Part shown: positions 1 to 13,933 of the stretch, piece after piece | Position numbering within the stretch: position 1 is the stretch's first letter | How the letters are laid out: each line of letters begins with the position of its first letter | Source: Tubiluchus corallicola | Lineage: Eukaryota; Animalia; Priapulida | Direction: 5' to 3' | NCBI GenBank assembly: GCA_030141605.1 | Contig: JAQGDQ010000135.1 | Span: 434,001 to 498,000, forward strand | DNA length: 64,000 bases | Program-made: the position numbers and the translations under genes | The notes under the pieces: generated by a model | Told to the model about the DNA's origin: nothing | The model's input: only the letters and a program-made list of their open reading frames with translations | The model's database searches: none

Positions 1-2547
1 TCTTAGAGAAAACTTGTGCAAGAACTTGCGAGAGAACTCTTTAGTCTGAATGCGCCACATCTATAGCTGTGCTATAACTTAATATAAATCAATTTTCAAT
101 ACATACAGACAGCGTCATCAGCAAATAGTAGAATAAATCACGAAAACTTGCACATACTAACCTATAGTGCCATTTTAAAACAGACATTTCACGTTTATCT
201 TAAGCACTTGAGCCACTAGTGCAGATGAATTCCATTTCATGATATGCTGAAGAACACAGCTTTACCAATTGAATAAGTTAGACTGAATTGCAAACTCTGC
301 AATTGTTATACATGTACTACGAAATGGGTGACAATAACTAATGACAAGATAATTACGCAATGCCCCAAGACATTAAAACTTCAAGGCTAATGCAAAATTT
401 GCTTTAGATATCGTTCTGAAAATATAATAGATCATTTGATTTAGTGCGGTTATATAATTAATACTTGTACAACAATTACTATTTTCCTGTGTGTAACGGT
501 AAAGTAATTACGTATCAATTCCTTTACTATAATGTATAATGAAACCTATGTATACAATAATGATGTAGTCGAGATTTTCCAGGTGGTTAAGCATTCATTG
601 GCATCACTGCATATTGTTCACATACGGCATACACAATATGAAAACCTCAACGGTCAGACTATGACCCCAGGCAAATAGACTTCTACTTTCCAGATAGTCC
701 AGATATACCAATGACGACAGCCCAGATATACCAAGGACGATTTAGTTAGATACTAACCTATATCCCACATTCTTATTATGAAATCTGTGACTGATGTAAA
801 ATAGCGACGAATGACCACGAGTGACCAGTTGTAGTAATTAAAGTTGTTTGCATGATTTATTGCAGCATATAGTTGTAAAAACGAGTGTCTAAATTATTAA
901 TAATAACAAATCAAATTAACTTAAAAGAAATAGGTAAAATCGTTCTTTTCTATTAGACAGTGATCAGTTTCTAAATATTCGGGCTATCTTTTTTAAGTAT
1001 GAATGAGACTGAAGCCATTTGGTGGGTTTCTATCAGGCATCGCGTGTAACATGCCGGTTTTTTAGAGTTCCGCGCTCCCTCCTCCTACCTCCTCCAACAG
1101 TAATACTCTCAGATGTTGATTTATCAAATTCGGCCATTAGCGTGGTTTAGCTTTTTGCAATAAAGACGCATCATAGCGTGTGAATTTAGCAATAATGTCG
1201 ACCGGAATCGTTGAACGATGACATCCGTTTGGCTTCTAATTTAGTGTCTTTTCTCTGAAGCCGGATTGAAATTGGCTTCTCGGCGGAGGTCTATGAAGCA
1301 GGCGTGTTTGTTTTATGCTACCGCAATTTGCCGGGGAAAGAACATGAAACTTGTTAAACAACTGTCAAACTAATAATCAGTCGTTTATTAAAAATCTAAA
1401 TACACATTCGGCAAAATTATGACGCTTATTACACGAACGTTAAAATAAAAGAGAAAGAAATCAACATTCATATCGTGGAGTCTGAGAAAATTTCGGACAG
1501 TCGATTTTGCGGCCGTTTTTGAATTTTCTGACCATGTGACTGAAACACGTGCACTTTTTAATTTAAGTTCTGCGGATGTTAATCTCTTTAACGTGGATCA
1601 AATTAATCGACTTCAAATATGTTTGCTTACATTAACGTACCAAACTGAAAGTAAAAAGTAAAGTTCGGTCTAAGCTGACTGCTCTGTTTTAACCAAAAAT
1701 ATTTGCCTCAGCCTGATGGAGCGGGGTTCGATTTGTCTGTCAGAACATGATCACGTATAACATTCGTAAAAAACAGTTGTTATTTATAAGACTTTTATGT
1801 ATCAGTTAAAGAATTTATTTACTCACTCGTAATTTAATACATTGTAATTGTTATTTATTTTCACATTCGGCACAACAGTACAAAGCATACGTAAATATAA
1901 AGTTATAACTCAAAATATTCAAGTATTTATGATGATTTCAAGTGATAATTTACGTAATTACTGAGGTTATTTAACAGTTAGTGATGTCACTAACTTTGCC
2001 TTTTGAAAAATTCAATAACAGATTGTAAATTTTGAGACAATCTTTACAGTTATGGTTATAACAACATTAGGTTTGTTTTTACTTAACACTTTCGCTTTTA
2101 ATGATGTGTCTCAGACATCCTGTAATCAGTTTACTGTTTGCTTCAATCAATAAAAATTAACTGTTGGCTGAGAGACTGAAAGTTTTACAAACTAGTTTTT
2201 TATTGAGACGTAAGTGCATTCTTCTTAATGTAATATTTTTTTTGCATGGCAGGCCAAATCCCAGGGAGCAGCAAACTTTTAAAATTGCCTGTCGGGCATA
2301 TTTGATGATGTACATTAATTTCTATCAGGTGTGTGACAAGGGTGTGTGTGATTTTTCTGTCAATTTTATTCATTTGATATAAGATTTTGAATGAGTCGGT
2401 TACTTCTGTTCGAAATCTAAGAAGTTTCATGTTTTGGTTGTGCAAATTAAGGGAGACAAAAAAACAACAAAGTGAACGACCGTGTGACCTGAAATCTGCA
2501 AGTCAGTTCAAATTTCACAAGTATATGTCAGCAAAAGCTTTCTTTAA

Positions 2548-3158
2548 AGGAAAACCGGACCCAATCATAAACTGCAGGTTAGAACAATCTACTCTTCAAA
2601 ATATTGAACGGAAACATACTATTTTTTTCGAAATGACTTACGCGATAGAATTATTGCCTCACAAACGTAATTTCGCGTTCAAAAAGCGGCGCTGTTCCAT
2701 GCATTTCGCCATACGCTAGTTAAGACTGGCAGTAGTGCTTGCATTTCGAACGCATTGCACAAAAACAGATGCTTTACCTCTCATTTCAGAGGTGTTCGTG
2801 TGTGACGTACTGCACACGTTCGACAGCTCATGCGTGAGCACAGCGGTAAATTTGAAATTTGAGTTTTTATCTTAAAACTTGCCTAGTTTTAGTGCAACAC
2901 CCTGAACCTCTTATAGTAATGCTGTGCTTCAATTTTCACCTTTGCAAACACGTGTAACATGCTCATGAAATGTTTTTGCTGTTGAAAATTATGTTTATTT
3001 GAGTCGTCAATAGTTGGGCTCGAACCGCCGTTTATTAAGAATTTAATCTATTATCTTATTACCAGAAACGCTTTTGCAGTATTATTGGCGTTAAAATGTA
3101 CACTTTATACTGTACTTGAAAGTGGGGTAGGATATGAAAAATCCTTCTAATTCTTCCT
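2548..3158. mobile_element. Kolobok/T2-type MITE (TTAA target, AGG...CCT ends)
   Basis: Left end TTAA|AGGAA at 2544 and right end TTCCT|TTAA ending at 3162. A diverged co-oriented copy lies at about 44138-44720. Confidence 0.55.
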
Positions 3159-3209
3159 TTAATTTGAACGAACTACTTAATAGAAAAGGGTATTCTTTTT
3201 ACATTTTAG

Positions 3210-6200
3210 GTGAAGTTTTAAGCTGTAGAATCCAGAACGTGTTTGCGTGTTTAGGAGAGCTGCGGCCTCTGCTTGACCTGGCTGCTTCTTCTGGACAGAT
3301 ACATTCTGGAGGTTCTCCTTCATCACAGTTTCAAATATATAGCTATCAAGCAGAGGAAAGTATATGTAGGTAAGTATTTAGGCTTTGTGTTAAACGAATT
3401 ACTTTTTTCCTTCTTCTTCTCAATATTACTTTTCATCTTCTCTTTTTATTCCTTTTCTTGCCCTCATTTTCCTTTCTTCCTTGTTCTTTGTTCTTTTTCT
3501 TTGTTTATTTCTTCTCGATTATTCTTTGTTTTCGCCTAACAGGAATTCATATTTTTACAAACTTTAAACGTGATTTTAAGTGATACATATTGATTTTTTA
3601 GCAACATTCTTCTTTTTACTTCTTTAATTTTTCACGTTTTTCCATTCTTGCGTTTTCTTCTCAATCTTGCTCTTGTAAGTTTGCAATTTTTCTTGAATTT
3701 TAATTTTGTCTCTGTTCATAAAACTGATATTGATTTAAAAACTCGGGCTTGCGTGTGATAATTTTTTTTAAGTTCTAAGCAATTACATAAAAGGGTAGTA
3801 AAATCACTAATCGGTAAAAAGGATATTTTAATGGGAGTGTCTCAAAAATCTTTCAGTATATATTATTTTACTTTGCATTACAGTTACCTGTTTGTAAAAC
3901 ATGCTCGTATGTAACTGAAAAATAAAATTCCTAATAATTTCAGTGTCAGCTTGAGAAACGTCACTGCGCCGTTGTGTACCAAAAACGTCACTGGTCTAAC
4001 AAAGAACATATTGTTAATCTTATTGACAACCGACAAGATAAAGTAATTTATACCTTTGCTTAGCAACTAAAGTATGCTCTGCGAATGTTCAGATTATTTT
4101 TTAAACGAATTGCCATTAAAACGGCCGAGGGAGTTTAAGTTTTATCAGCGTTGCTGCTAATTCGAGATCTGTGCGTAATACGACAACTTGTATGTGATAC
4201 AATTTCAAGATGAATTTGTTACGTTTGTGTAAGAATAGTGTTTTCTTTTGTATTAAATTGGACAGCAGAGTGTTTTCTGGTGTTATCGTCTACTTCACTA
4301 TGCAGTGATCTGTCAAAATGACTTGCACACTGTACAATGATTCTGCTGTCTGTTAGTTAGTTAGTTAGTTAGTCAGTCAGTCAGTCACTCAGTTAGTTAA
4401 TTAGTTAGTTTTGGCTGTTGTTGCTGCTCCTACTTCTGCTGCCATCACCAATGTTGGCCCTGCCACTACTGATTTTGGTGCCATCGTTATCAGGGCAGTC
4501 TCCAAGTAGTTTGATGCCCCAGGCAAAAGTATTTTTAGCGCCCTCTCAAAGATCAACCTCTTGCCCCACACTACACCCGCGAAATTGATTTTTTCTTATA
4601 TTATAATAGTATAATAAAGTGTATTGGTTCGTGTGTGTAGTATATTTCTGTCTGTTAGGCCTGTATAAGTGTATTCACCTATCTACAGCTTGTGTTGATT
4701 GAATTTAAAATTGAATTTATGACACCATTGTACATTTTGGGTGTCTGCGTAAAATGACGTAATGTTAGAAAACCAGATTAAGCAAAAGTAGAAAGTGTTT
4801 TGCTGCGGGAAGACACTTGCTGGCATCCATGACTCATACATTCTGACAGGAAAATAATGCAACTAGTTCGTTTCGTTTAACTAGAGTTGAACACTTAAAG
4901 AATTACACGTACACTATGTTATTACTTAGGCTAAACCTCAAACTTAAAGAATTTCTTCCAGAATTTGGCGCCCCCCCCCAAATTAGGCGCCCTAAGCGAC
5001 TATCTGGTTTGTCTAATGGTAGAGCCAGCCCAGACAAAAGGTGAAAGAGTGACGTAACAATGGCGAGTCGTTTTGGCCGTGACGGTGAAGACAAAATTGA
5101 TGCTGACGTTAATGATGGTAATTACGCGCTTTCAGGGGATATCACCGAGTTCACGGTTGCTGGAGAAATATAGTGAAAGACTGCCGGGAAAATTCTACCA
5201 TGCAGCATCCAGTTATCAGATCCAAGCTAGATTTAGCTGAATTTATTGTAAAAACTACAGAAAATGTAACAAGAAATCTTTGCAATACTTACAGAGAAAG
5301 TACGTATATAACCTAATATATATGCTTTAATTGAGTAATTAATTTTTCTTCATTTACAGAGAATGTGTGCAAATATAGAACGTATTTATGGAGTGTAACT
5401 TGAACTAAACTTTAAAAGCTTGTTTTTATTTATTTATTTAGTTTCACATACTCTGTAATTAATTTCCGTCGATTTAAGTCTTGACAGCTTAAATATATGT
5501 AAGTTGAAGATATTATTTTACAGTATGTGCACCATTGTGCTTTTATATTTGTGGTTTTTCATTAGGTATTAAATGGCGTTTACCTGGCATCCGGAATAGC
5601 TGTGTACAAAAAAATCAATATGAAATTACCTCAGAAAAATAACGTACAGCGCAGTCTGACAAAAGAGGGCGCATTGAAAACAATATAAACCGATTTTATC
5701 TATTCCCCATCAGCATAACGCATACGCATTCCGGATGCCGTTAAAAGCCAGTTGAATCTTTATATATTTCATTACAACGGAGTTAAAAAACGAACTTTGA
5801 TAATAATTTAACGTCAAAGCACTGTTCCAGCTAATCTTATCCTCAGCCTACATAGACTTACAAGCATTACGTCATGACACCAAGAAATTCGATCGAGGCA
5901 AAATTATTGAAGAAATAGCAAGCAACTCGTTCCCATCAGCGCATACATATTTTCTCTCCGCTCAATAAAGTTAGCAAAACTCATAGCAATTTTGCCACAA
6001 ACGTAAATCAATGCGTCTTCGTACAAAATGATCATTCCACGTAAATTCTCACCACAAACGGAAAGTATAAAATTGTCAGACGGACATAAACTACTCCCAG
6101 GTAATTTAGAGATTTCGGCTTGGCATTGAAAAACTTTCGGTGGTTATTTCTCAAAGGCATTGTAGCACTTTTCGTGCAGCAATAAGTCTTTTTATTATTA

Positions 6201-9080
6201 AATAACTCTGAAAATGCTTGGAATTTCTTACACCGATTTTAGTTTTGATGTTGTATGAAACTTACATTATTATATATGAAACCAATTACACACACACACA
6301 CGTACACACGCACATGCACGCACGCACACACGCACACACCGATACACCATTTAATTCGCAAATTCATGCAATACAGAGGTAAGTAGATTAAAACAATAAT
6401 CAATATATACAATTTTGAATTAGTAAGTCAGTAACTATAAAAGCATCTCATTCGGTTCATTTGAAGTGAAACCGTCAATAAATAATCCATGTTGACAGGT
6501 CCAGTAGATGTCATACACCAGTTTTTCTTCTCCACTGTAATTTAAGATCATTTCTTTACTTTCACAAGAATATGGTTTTATAGTTTTATCACAAAAACTC
6601 CAACATCATTTAGCGGGTTTCTCAGTCTATGCCAGAATTTCCGTAATAGTAACAGCATGGTGGCTTGGTAGGGACATAACAAAAGCAAAAAAATAAATTT
6701 ATTGTCTTAAAATTTCGACTGAATAATTAGGAATTTTGTGTTAGTGCCGCGACGTTTTGATATTGTAACTCGAAAAGTAGAGTTGCTAAGTCGGAATTTC
6801 GAAAGGATTAGCTCATTTTTTGTTTTTACCATGTGGTCAATCAGCTAGTTCACCACGTAGTAGCAAATGGTCCTTTCTGTCGTAGTTTGTTTTACCCCTG
6901 AAAACACTAAATGTTTACCGCCAAATCTCACTTCTCTAGTCTAATATTTTTAGCGGTAAAAATTTTGCTATTATGGAGCATTTGACAGTGATAAATTGAT
7001 TTAATATTTGCCCCAAATGCAGAGAAATTTCGATAAAATCGCACAGGTTTTCTTGTGAACCTATGCAGAACTTGTGACGCACAGTAATTAGTTTTTATCT
7101 ATTTGAGCTATTCACTGTAAGTTGAAAATCATAAAGTTATATAATGTACAAATTTGAGTAAGACAATTTGAAATAACGTCTGATTACAAAGCAAAATTAA
7201 ATGTGCTAGGAATGTGTTTAAAGGCACCGATAAATGATGAAACTGCTAATACACAAAAAAATTGTTTTTTGGTGTTTTGCTTATGGCAAATATTTCTCAC
7301 ATTTTCAGGTTTCTTCAAGGAGGCTGTATGTCTTTATCAGCTCTACAGGGACAGATATGCTCACAAATGCAAAAATTATGCTACGGAAATAAACCTATAT
7401 AATCGGACGCGCGAAAAGCTGGAATCTACACAATGCCAGTAAGTGACGTCATTTCTGCGTGAGTCGTTTGAGTAGATTTCATTGAAAATTATTCCCCAGT
7501 TATTATTCTCGTCAAAAGGGGAAGAAAAGAGAATTTTAAAGTAAATCCCAATCCACATAATGTTATATTAATTACATTACGTTTACTTGTTTGAAAGGGT
7601 TATGTAATTGGAAAAGAAAGTTCTTGATAATTTAAATTGTTCCCGCCATTTGGTATAAGGGCACTATATCGCCATCCCAGTGTACATAACTGATTCAACA
7701 AAAACACGATACAGTTTTGATCCTATTAACAAAATAATGTAATTTATGTATTTGCTTATTTGGAGTGGTGTGCGCTACGCATGCTCTGGTTATTTTTCAA
7801 ATTTTACGCAATGTTATCTAAACTGGTTTCAAACGACACAAGCTCTGTGTGCAATAAGACGACATGTAAGTGATATTAAATTTCAAGACGAATTTTTGAG
7901 CTTCATTTCTGAAGAGTGCTTTTCTTGTGCTAAGCGAGGATGTATATTTATCACAACAACGGTGAGATATGCCTGTGAGTTCTGTCTCATCAGGAGAATT
8001 AGCCTTAATAATTATCTACATTCCGGTACTGTTGCAACCATTTAGGCCCCGTGTTAGCTTCTAGACACTAGTTTGCTAAACAACTTACAAAAATGTCAAA
8101 ACGACAATCCGCTTACCAGTTAAAGTGAAAAATGTGTTGATTAAATTACTGGACATTACTTGAATGTAGCTCAGGACTGTAGTTCTTGTTAGCTTTGGGC
8201 AGAGGATTGGTAGTTACTACATGTCCATCAATATTTTAAAATGCTCATGACAATTAGTAAAAAATAAGTATAAAAATAGAAAAAGAAACTGAAAATTTCT
8301 TTCCCCGATGGCCCGAATTTTTCGCTTAGTTAATATGTATCAACAAACATTTTGTCACTGTTCGCGTTAGATCTGGTATAAGGCATCTTAACGAAAAAGA
8401 GATTAATTGTATATTTCTGGTTGTATCTCATTCATTATTAGTAATCGAAACTATTTAAAGTAAGTCTAATGCACTGGCTTCGTTGGACAGCATTCCTCGG
8501 GAAGGTAATGTTATCTGTTAGGCAAATAAACAATCAGCAAACAGCAGCAAACTTGCAATTACCAAAGTCTAACCCAGTTTTATCAACGGATGTCAGCTGA
8601 ACTCTGTTTCCTAGTGATGACAAAACTGCATCCTAACACAACAGTGAAGGATCATAGCCTTTAGGAGCCTTTTACAAAAGTTTATAGGACTTTTATGCTT
8701 TGTTTTACAGAAAACACTGAAATTCGTTTGATTGCATTGCTAGTCATTTTCATGTTTTGTGTTATATCAGTTATTTCGGCTTTGTGGTAACTGACTTTAT
8801 TAAAGGCGAAAACTTCGCATAAAGTTGAACCAGTCTTCAAATTCGATATTTATAAAACAAAGGAAACACGAGAACAGCTGTCTTTACTAAGATGGTTCTT
8901 GTAGTGGCTTCTCTTCATTGAACTTTGATCTTACTCTGTCAGATGTACTAATCAAGTCAAATTTCTGAGAGAGTCTTCTCTGATTATAGTCTGATGTTGT
9001 TGTACAAGCGTTTATATTTCTGCCTCACCCTCTCGTTTTCGTTTTCTCACGCTCTTGCGCTCTCTCTCTCCCTCTCTCCC

Positions 9081-9177
<97 letters not shown>

Positions 9178-12100
9178 CCCCGTGTCTCTCTGCTCTCAAG
9201 CTTATTCATAAAAGCTGCTTTACGATTGCGCCAACATGGTCTAATAACACAGGTTTCTCTTTCCTACCTCGTAAAACAGTTAGAGCACAGCCATTTATCT
9301 TGAACATTAACTACTTCTGTCTTTTATTGTGCATTTAGAATGCAAATCTAAAAACAGTAATTTGAGTGCAAAAAGGTTTATATAGATAATAAAAATTTCG
9401 CAATATTTTGCTAGTTATTTTGCTGTTTCAACATTCACTATTAAACCTTCCACTTTGGAAAGATCTTGTTTGTATTCAAAAGTGCACTTATAGCAGCGAA
9501 AACTTATTTCTGATCTTATTGTTGGCTTACGTCATTTCACAGTTTATTTTCCAGAATGTTTCCTAACTTTTTTAGCGCAACATTAAATTTATTTGTATGT
9601 AATCTTGATGAAGTTATAAAAGAGGGAATATAATTGGTTTTGGCAATTGCATAAAATAGAATAAACTTCAAGTCAGATTGTTGAAAAGTCCTATTCAATT
9701 GTCTCTTCTGCTTATGGGCGATTGACATTTTCGGTGAATCAGATTATAGGCAGTTAAAAACAGAATTAGAAATTAGAAATTTTGTAATAAAAAGCTCTTT
9801 TTAAAGTGAAAGATGGGGGAACAGTCGTCTGTAACAGTGCATTGTGTCTCTCTTCTACCTATAGAATTTACTGTCCGTCATTAAATGTATTAAGTGGGCC
9901 TACATAAACTATAAGTAAGTAAGTAAAATTATATAGCACAATAACACTCACAGTCGCACACGCACACGCACACGCGCACGCGTATACGCACACATACACA
10001 AACGATCGGATTCTTGGAAGCTTCTCCATGCTCCTTTTTCTGCCAAGTCGTGACTCAAATAATGAGTAGAGTGTTCAATTGTTCAGCACCTCGTGTTTTG
10101 CACCAAAATTTGACATCGTGCCATCTCCGCGTCGTATATCTATCCATTTCCTACCAAACAACTTCGCAATTGAGGAAAAGTTGACTTATCGTGTCTTGTG
10201 GTAAAGCGGTTACAATGTCCTCTGGGTAACAATTTGATTCGATAAAACGAGAAGAAAATGATTCCATTGAAACATTTATAGCGAGTCGTAGACTTTGCTT
10301 TTGTTACGCTCAGAGAATCCATCTCAACATTCGAGATTACAATTTAACGTCTGTTGAAATAAGAATATATGACTTGATGCTTTTGTGATAAGTCGAGCTT
10401 TCTGACACGTCAATGTTCAAAAAATTCTCATGCAGGCGGAAAAGTGAGAAATGTTCGTTTTGTGTGGTGCATTGTGGGTAATGTTTTATTGCATGTTGCA
10501 GGCAAAGGCAACTTGAGCTCCATGCATACACAAACTTCACTCTCAGTTTCGTATTTGTCTATTAGCTTTAATTAAATCCCCCTCTCTCACAGATTTATTA
10601 GGTCAAATGCCTGCTTTTACAATGTCCGTTCTGCCACGAAACAGAAAAACTTCTTGCTTAAAATTGTAATCAATTTCTAACATTACTAGTAAGTTTCGGA
10701 AAGTATATCCGAAAGAACTTTCTATATAAAGTCATATTACCTAGCATTTTACTTACCTGTTTGAAATACGCACTTATGTAATCGGAGAAGAATTAAAATA
10801 TTCGCGACGTCTGGAAAAACGGAACTGCATCACTGGCTCAACAAAAAACACATTACTGATCTTATTGACAATATAAAGTAATTTAAACTTTTGCTTTATG
10901 AATGCTACGAATGTTCCGATTATTTTTTCAAACTTTACACAATATTATCTAAACTTCTTTCAAACGACTTACCGTTAAAATGGTTGCGCCTAACTGTATC
11001 GCAACAGTTTACCCTTAAATTTACAAATTTTATACAGCGTTACTGCTAGCGAAAACTCTGGATGTACTAAGATAGCGAATAAGTGATAGAAAATTTCAAG
11101 ACAAATTTTTTAAGCTTTACGAAGCGTATTTTCTTGTGCTTTGAGTTAAAAAATGTAAGTTAGGCTAATAGTTCGAAAAATAGTCCAAGGTCAAGCCTTT
11201 ATAACAAAAATGATATTCTTTTGTAACGTATAAAGGCAGGGTTCTTTATTTCTAAGTTAATCACATAATGTGACTGGTCTACTTTTATGCATCAAAGCAT
11301 TCATTATTATGATATCTGCCCCTGGTGCTGCCATCTGCATGTCCGCCTTGTAACGTAAATATAAGCTATAATAATTATTCAATACAAAATCACGTAGTCT
11401 GTTTTTCTGTTAGTGGAAGCCTTAATTTTGTTGTTTTGGTACATTTAAATATACCGTTGGCCAATAAGTTATCCTGTTGCGTAATTATTAGGTGAAATTG
11501 TTAATATTATATCAGACAAAATGAGGTACATTCAACCTTGCTTATGAAGTTATGGCGGATTGTGTAGAGCTGATTTTAAATTCTTTGGAAAACCATTCGA
11601 ACTGATAAGTGGCTGCGTTGCAGAAGACCTGTAATTAAAACGGCATTTTACGACTTGGCTAACGCAAGGGCATTCTATCACATGTAGACGCGTGACGCGA
11701 AATTTCCATAACTAAAGGCCGAGAGATTGCCAAGAGCGCCTACTTTGAAATTACGCCAGCGAATCAAGTTTTAAATGACAATGCGGTGCTCTACGTCCCA
11801 ATAATGTTTGTTTTCTCCAAGGGAGATTCTTGACTTTGCTATGTCCTTTAGTTGGTTTTAGTAAAATGAAGAGACTTCGAGCGTTAAAACCGTTCGGTTG
11901 AGCTTGCTCAATCAAAAATTGTTGATTTAGTATGTATCACGGCGCTCTTTTTATGCGCTTGCTCCTCCTAACTTTAGCACCTAACTAGGCCCCTGTGGGT
12001 ACACCATTTTCAACAACTTTTCTGTGTTATTTTTTCGAAAGCTCTACTCAGGTCATCCTTTCAGACATCAGATACGAGTACGCGGCATTTGCATCTTTCT

Positions 12101-13028
12101 CAATAATCTTCCCACACGCAGCTTCCGTTAACGAGGTGACCTGGCATTTGGTATTCAAATCTTGTTCAATAATCGCAAGCTTTGCTTCGAAAAAGCTGAC
12201 TGTCGGAAAATAAAATGATGCTGCTGGAAATTTTGAGCAACTGCTAGTAACATGAAATTAATAATTATGTTAATCGATGACCTTATTATCTTAACAATGG
12301 GCTGGCTTTTGCTGTCGCCTTCATCCATCTGTCATCATATACATCTTTCATTATAAGTGTCGCACTTACGTCCGCTATTAACCTTCAGCATCATTAGCCG
12401 TTGTCATCACCATCATCTTCCACTCGCTTGCATTGTCGTTGTCGTTATCATCATCCTGGTCATCACCATCACCATCATCATCGCCTTCCCCACCACCACC
12501 ACCACCACTACGATCACCATTGCAATATATATTTTTCTCATCATTGCCTTAATCAAAATTGCCATCGTCATCACAACCAGCCTTATGATCATTGTCGCGT
12601 CGTCATCACCATCATTTTCGCTTGATCAATAATATTTTATGCACAGTCACCAACAGAGAACATTTCTTATAAATGTTGTAAAAGCTCTACTGAATGATAG
12701 CCAAATAGTAGTTGTAACAAAGTCCAGTGGCGGTAGACGTAGTTGTTAAAATGAGGGGTGATTGAAGGTATATTTTTTCGTTGCGGAGGATATGCATACG
12801 CAGAATTAAAATTCCTTTTCTTTGATTTTTTCTAGGCGACTTTATAGATTACAACAGTGCACTGAAGTCCATGTAGTCAGCAGCGACTGTGGTGAAAGGG
12901 CAGCTAACATACACAGAGACTCCGTCAATTTTTGGCTAGATTTAGCGTGTGGTCGGAGCTGCAGCAGTCATCTACATGTCGCCTCTTTTTTGCTGTTGCT
13001 TCTCTGTGTGTTTCAAGTTTTAAAATGA
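3210..13028 (+). CDS. Cys-rich, predicted GPI-anchored surface protein with two tandem 6-Cys repeats (neuritin/DUF19-like); 5' exon not resolved
   Basis: Four GT-AG exons join in phase with no stops: 3210-3369 (phase 1 to 2), 5136-5299 (2 to 1), 7309-7438 (1 to 2), 12836-13028 (2 to TGA). Protein: EVLSCRIQNVFACLG...EESICR/GYHRVHGCWRNIVKDC...LCNTYRES/FFKEAVCL...TQCQ/RLYRLQQCTEVHVVSSDCGERAA...LACGRSCSSHLHVASFLLLLLCVFQVLK*. It ends in a hydrophobic tail. Confidence 0.8.
4352..4410. repeat. (TTAG)n/(TCAG)n microsatellite
   Basis: gttagttagttagttagttagtcagtcagtcagtc... Confidence 0.9.
4491..5033. mobile_element. hAT-like MITE remnant
   Basis: Imperfect TIRs CAGGGCAGTCTC / GAGCCAGCCCAG and subterminal GGCGCCC motifs. 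No TSD visible. Confidence 0.45.
5574..5750. mobile_element. short MITE with GGCATCCGGAAT terminal inverted repeats
   Basis: TGGCGTTTACCTGGCATCCGGAAT ... ATTCCGGATGCCGTTAAAAGCCA. A second, inverted and interrupted copy lies at about 15535-16435. Confidence 0.6.
6287..6340. repeat. (CA)n/(CACG)n microsatellite
   Basis: acacacacacacgtacacacgcacatgcacgcacgcacacacg. Confidence 0.85.
9060..9175. repeat. (CT)n microsatellite
   Basis: About 55 near-perfect CT units. Source of the spurious SLSL/RERE ORFs. Confidence 0.97.
12320..12612. repeat. degenerate (CAT/CAC/CGT)n trinucleotide repeat
   Basis: catcaccatcatc...caccaccaccaccac; intronic in the Cys-rich gene. Confidence 0.85.
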
Positions 13029-13933
13029 CAACAAATAATACGGTAATTATTGTTCAATAATAAGTGAATGCCCATTCTAATTTCAGAAATAGAATAACGT
13101 AAAATAATATCAGCTTTTTAAAAGTTGTCAGGTTTAAAGTGGAGCTTACTTGGAAGTTTGAACAACTTGGCCGCCGCCTCGTAACTTAAAAAGTAAGATT
13201 AATTTTATTAAGAGTGCAAGCGCATTTGAGAAAGTGACAATCAAGCAACATTTAAGTTCAATTTGTAAAACTATTAGAATGTTATATGTTTATTGTTTCA
13301 GCGATTTAAGATTTTCGTAAGGCGTAATATTTTTTATTTGTTATTTATCTATTTTTATTTTAATGAGATTTGTGAGGATAACATCTTAACGCTGCTTTCC
13401 AAGGGGTCCTCAATACACATTTACAAAATCTACACATAGTTCTGACTTCATAATCACTTCGCTGCTTGGTTTTCACAAGAAACATTTTTGCAATCATAAA
13501 ATTTACACGATAATCTTTGATTTTGCTGGACTGGAGGTTCCTGACTGCTCCATTTTCCAGTTTCTGAATTCGGTTTAGTAGCTATATTCATCATATGTAC
13601 TGCACCAAATAAAAACGTAATAATGTATATTATTACGCATTACTATATGTTCGAATTGTCCTGTAAATAAGCATTTATTCAATTCATAATTCGTGTTTTG
13701 TGGGATAATTTACTTGCCATCTTGTCGAAAACGACGAAATATTTATTCCATTTCAAACTTAATTGAATCAAAATGTACACCAAGATATTTCAGGATGATA
13801 AATAAGTTTTAAATAAGGTAAATCATTGATTTCTTTAACTTGTACATGAGCATATTTTGTTGATGCAAAAAATAAGTTGACTGAAAAATTTAGTGATAGG
13901 AGAATGTTTTATAGGAGTTAACAGATTGTTCCT

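Noticed and set aside
8994-9338. ORFs with SLSL/RERE runs
   Set aside because: Translations of the (CT)n microsatellite.
10200-10310. Possible Gypsy gag fragment (ENDSIETFIAS)
   Set aside because: Too short and broken to support, with no LTR or pol nearby.
12357-12632. His-rich and Ile/Thr-rich ORFs
   Set aside because: Translations of an intronic trinucleotide repeat; no splice-phase fit with the surrounding gene.
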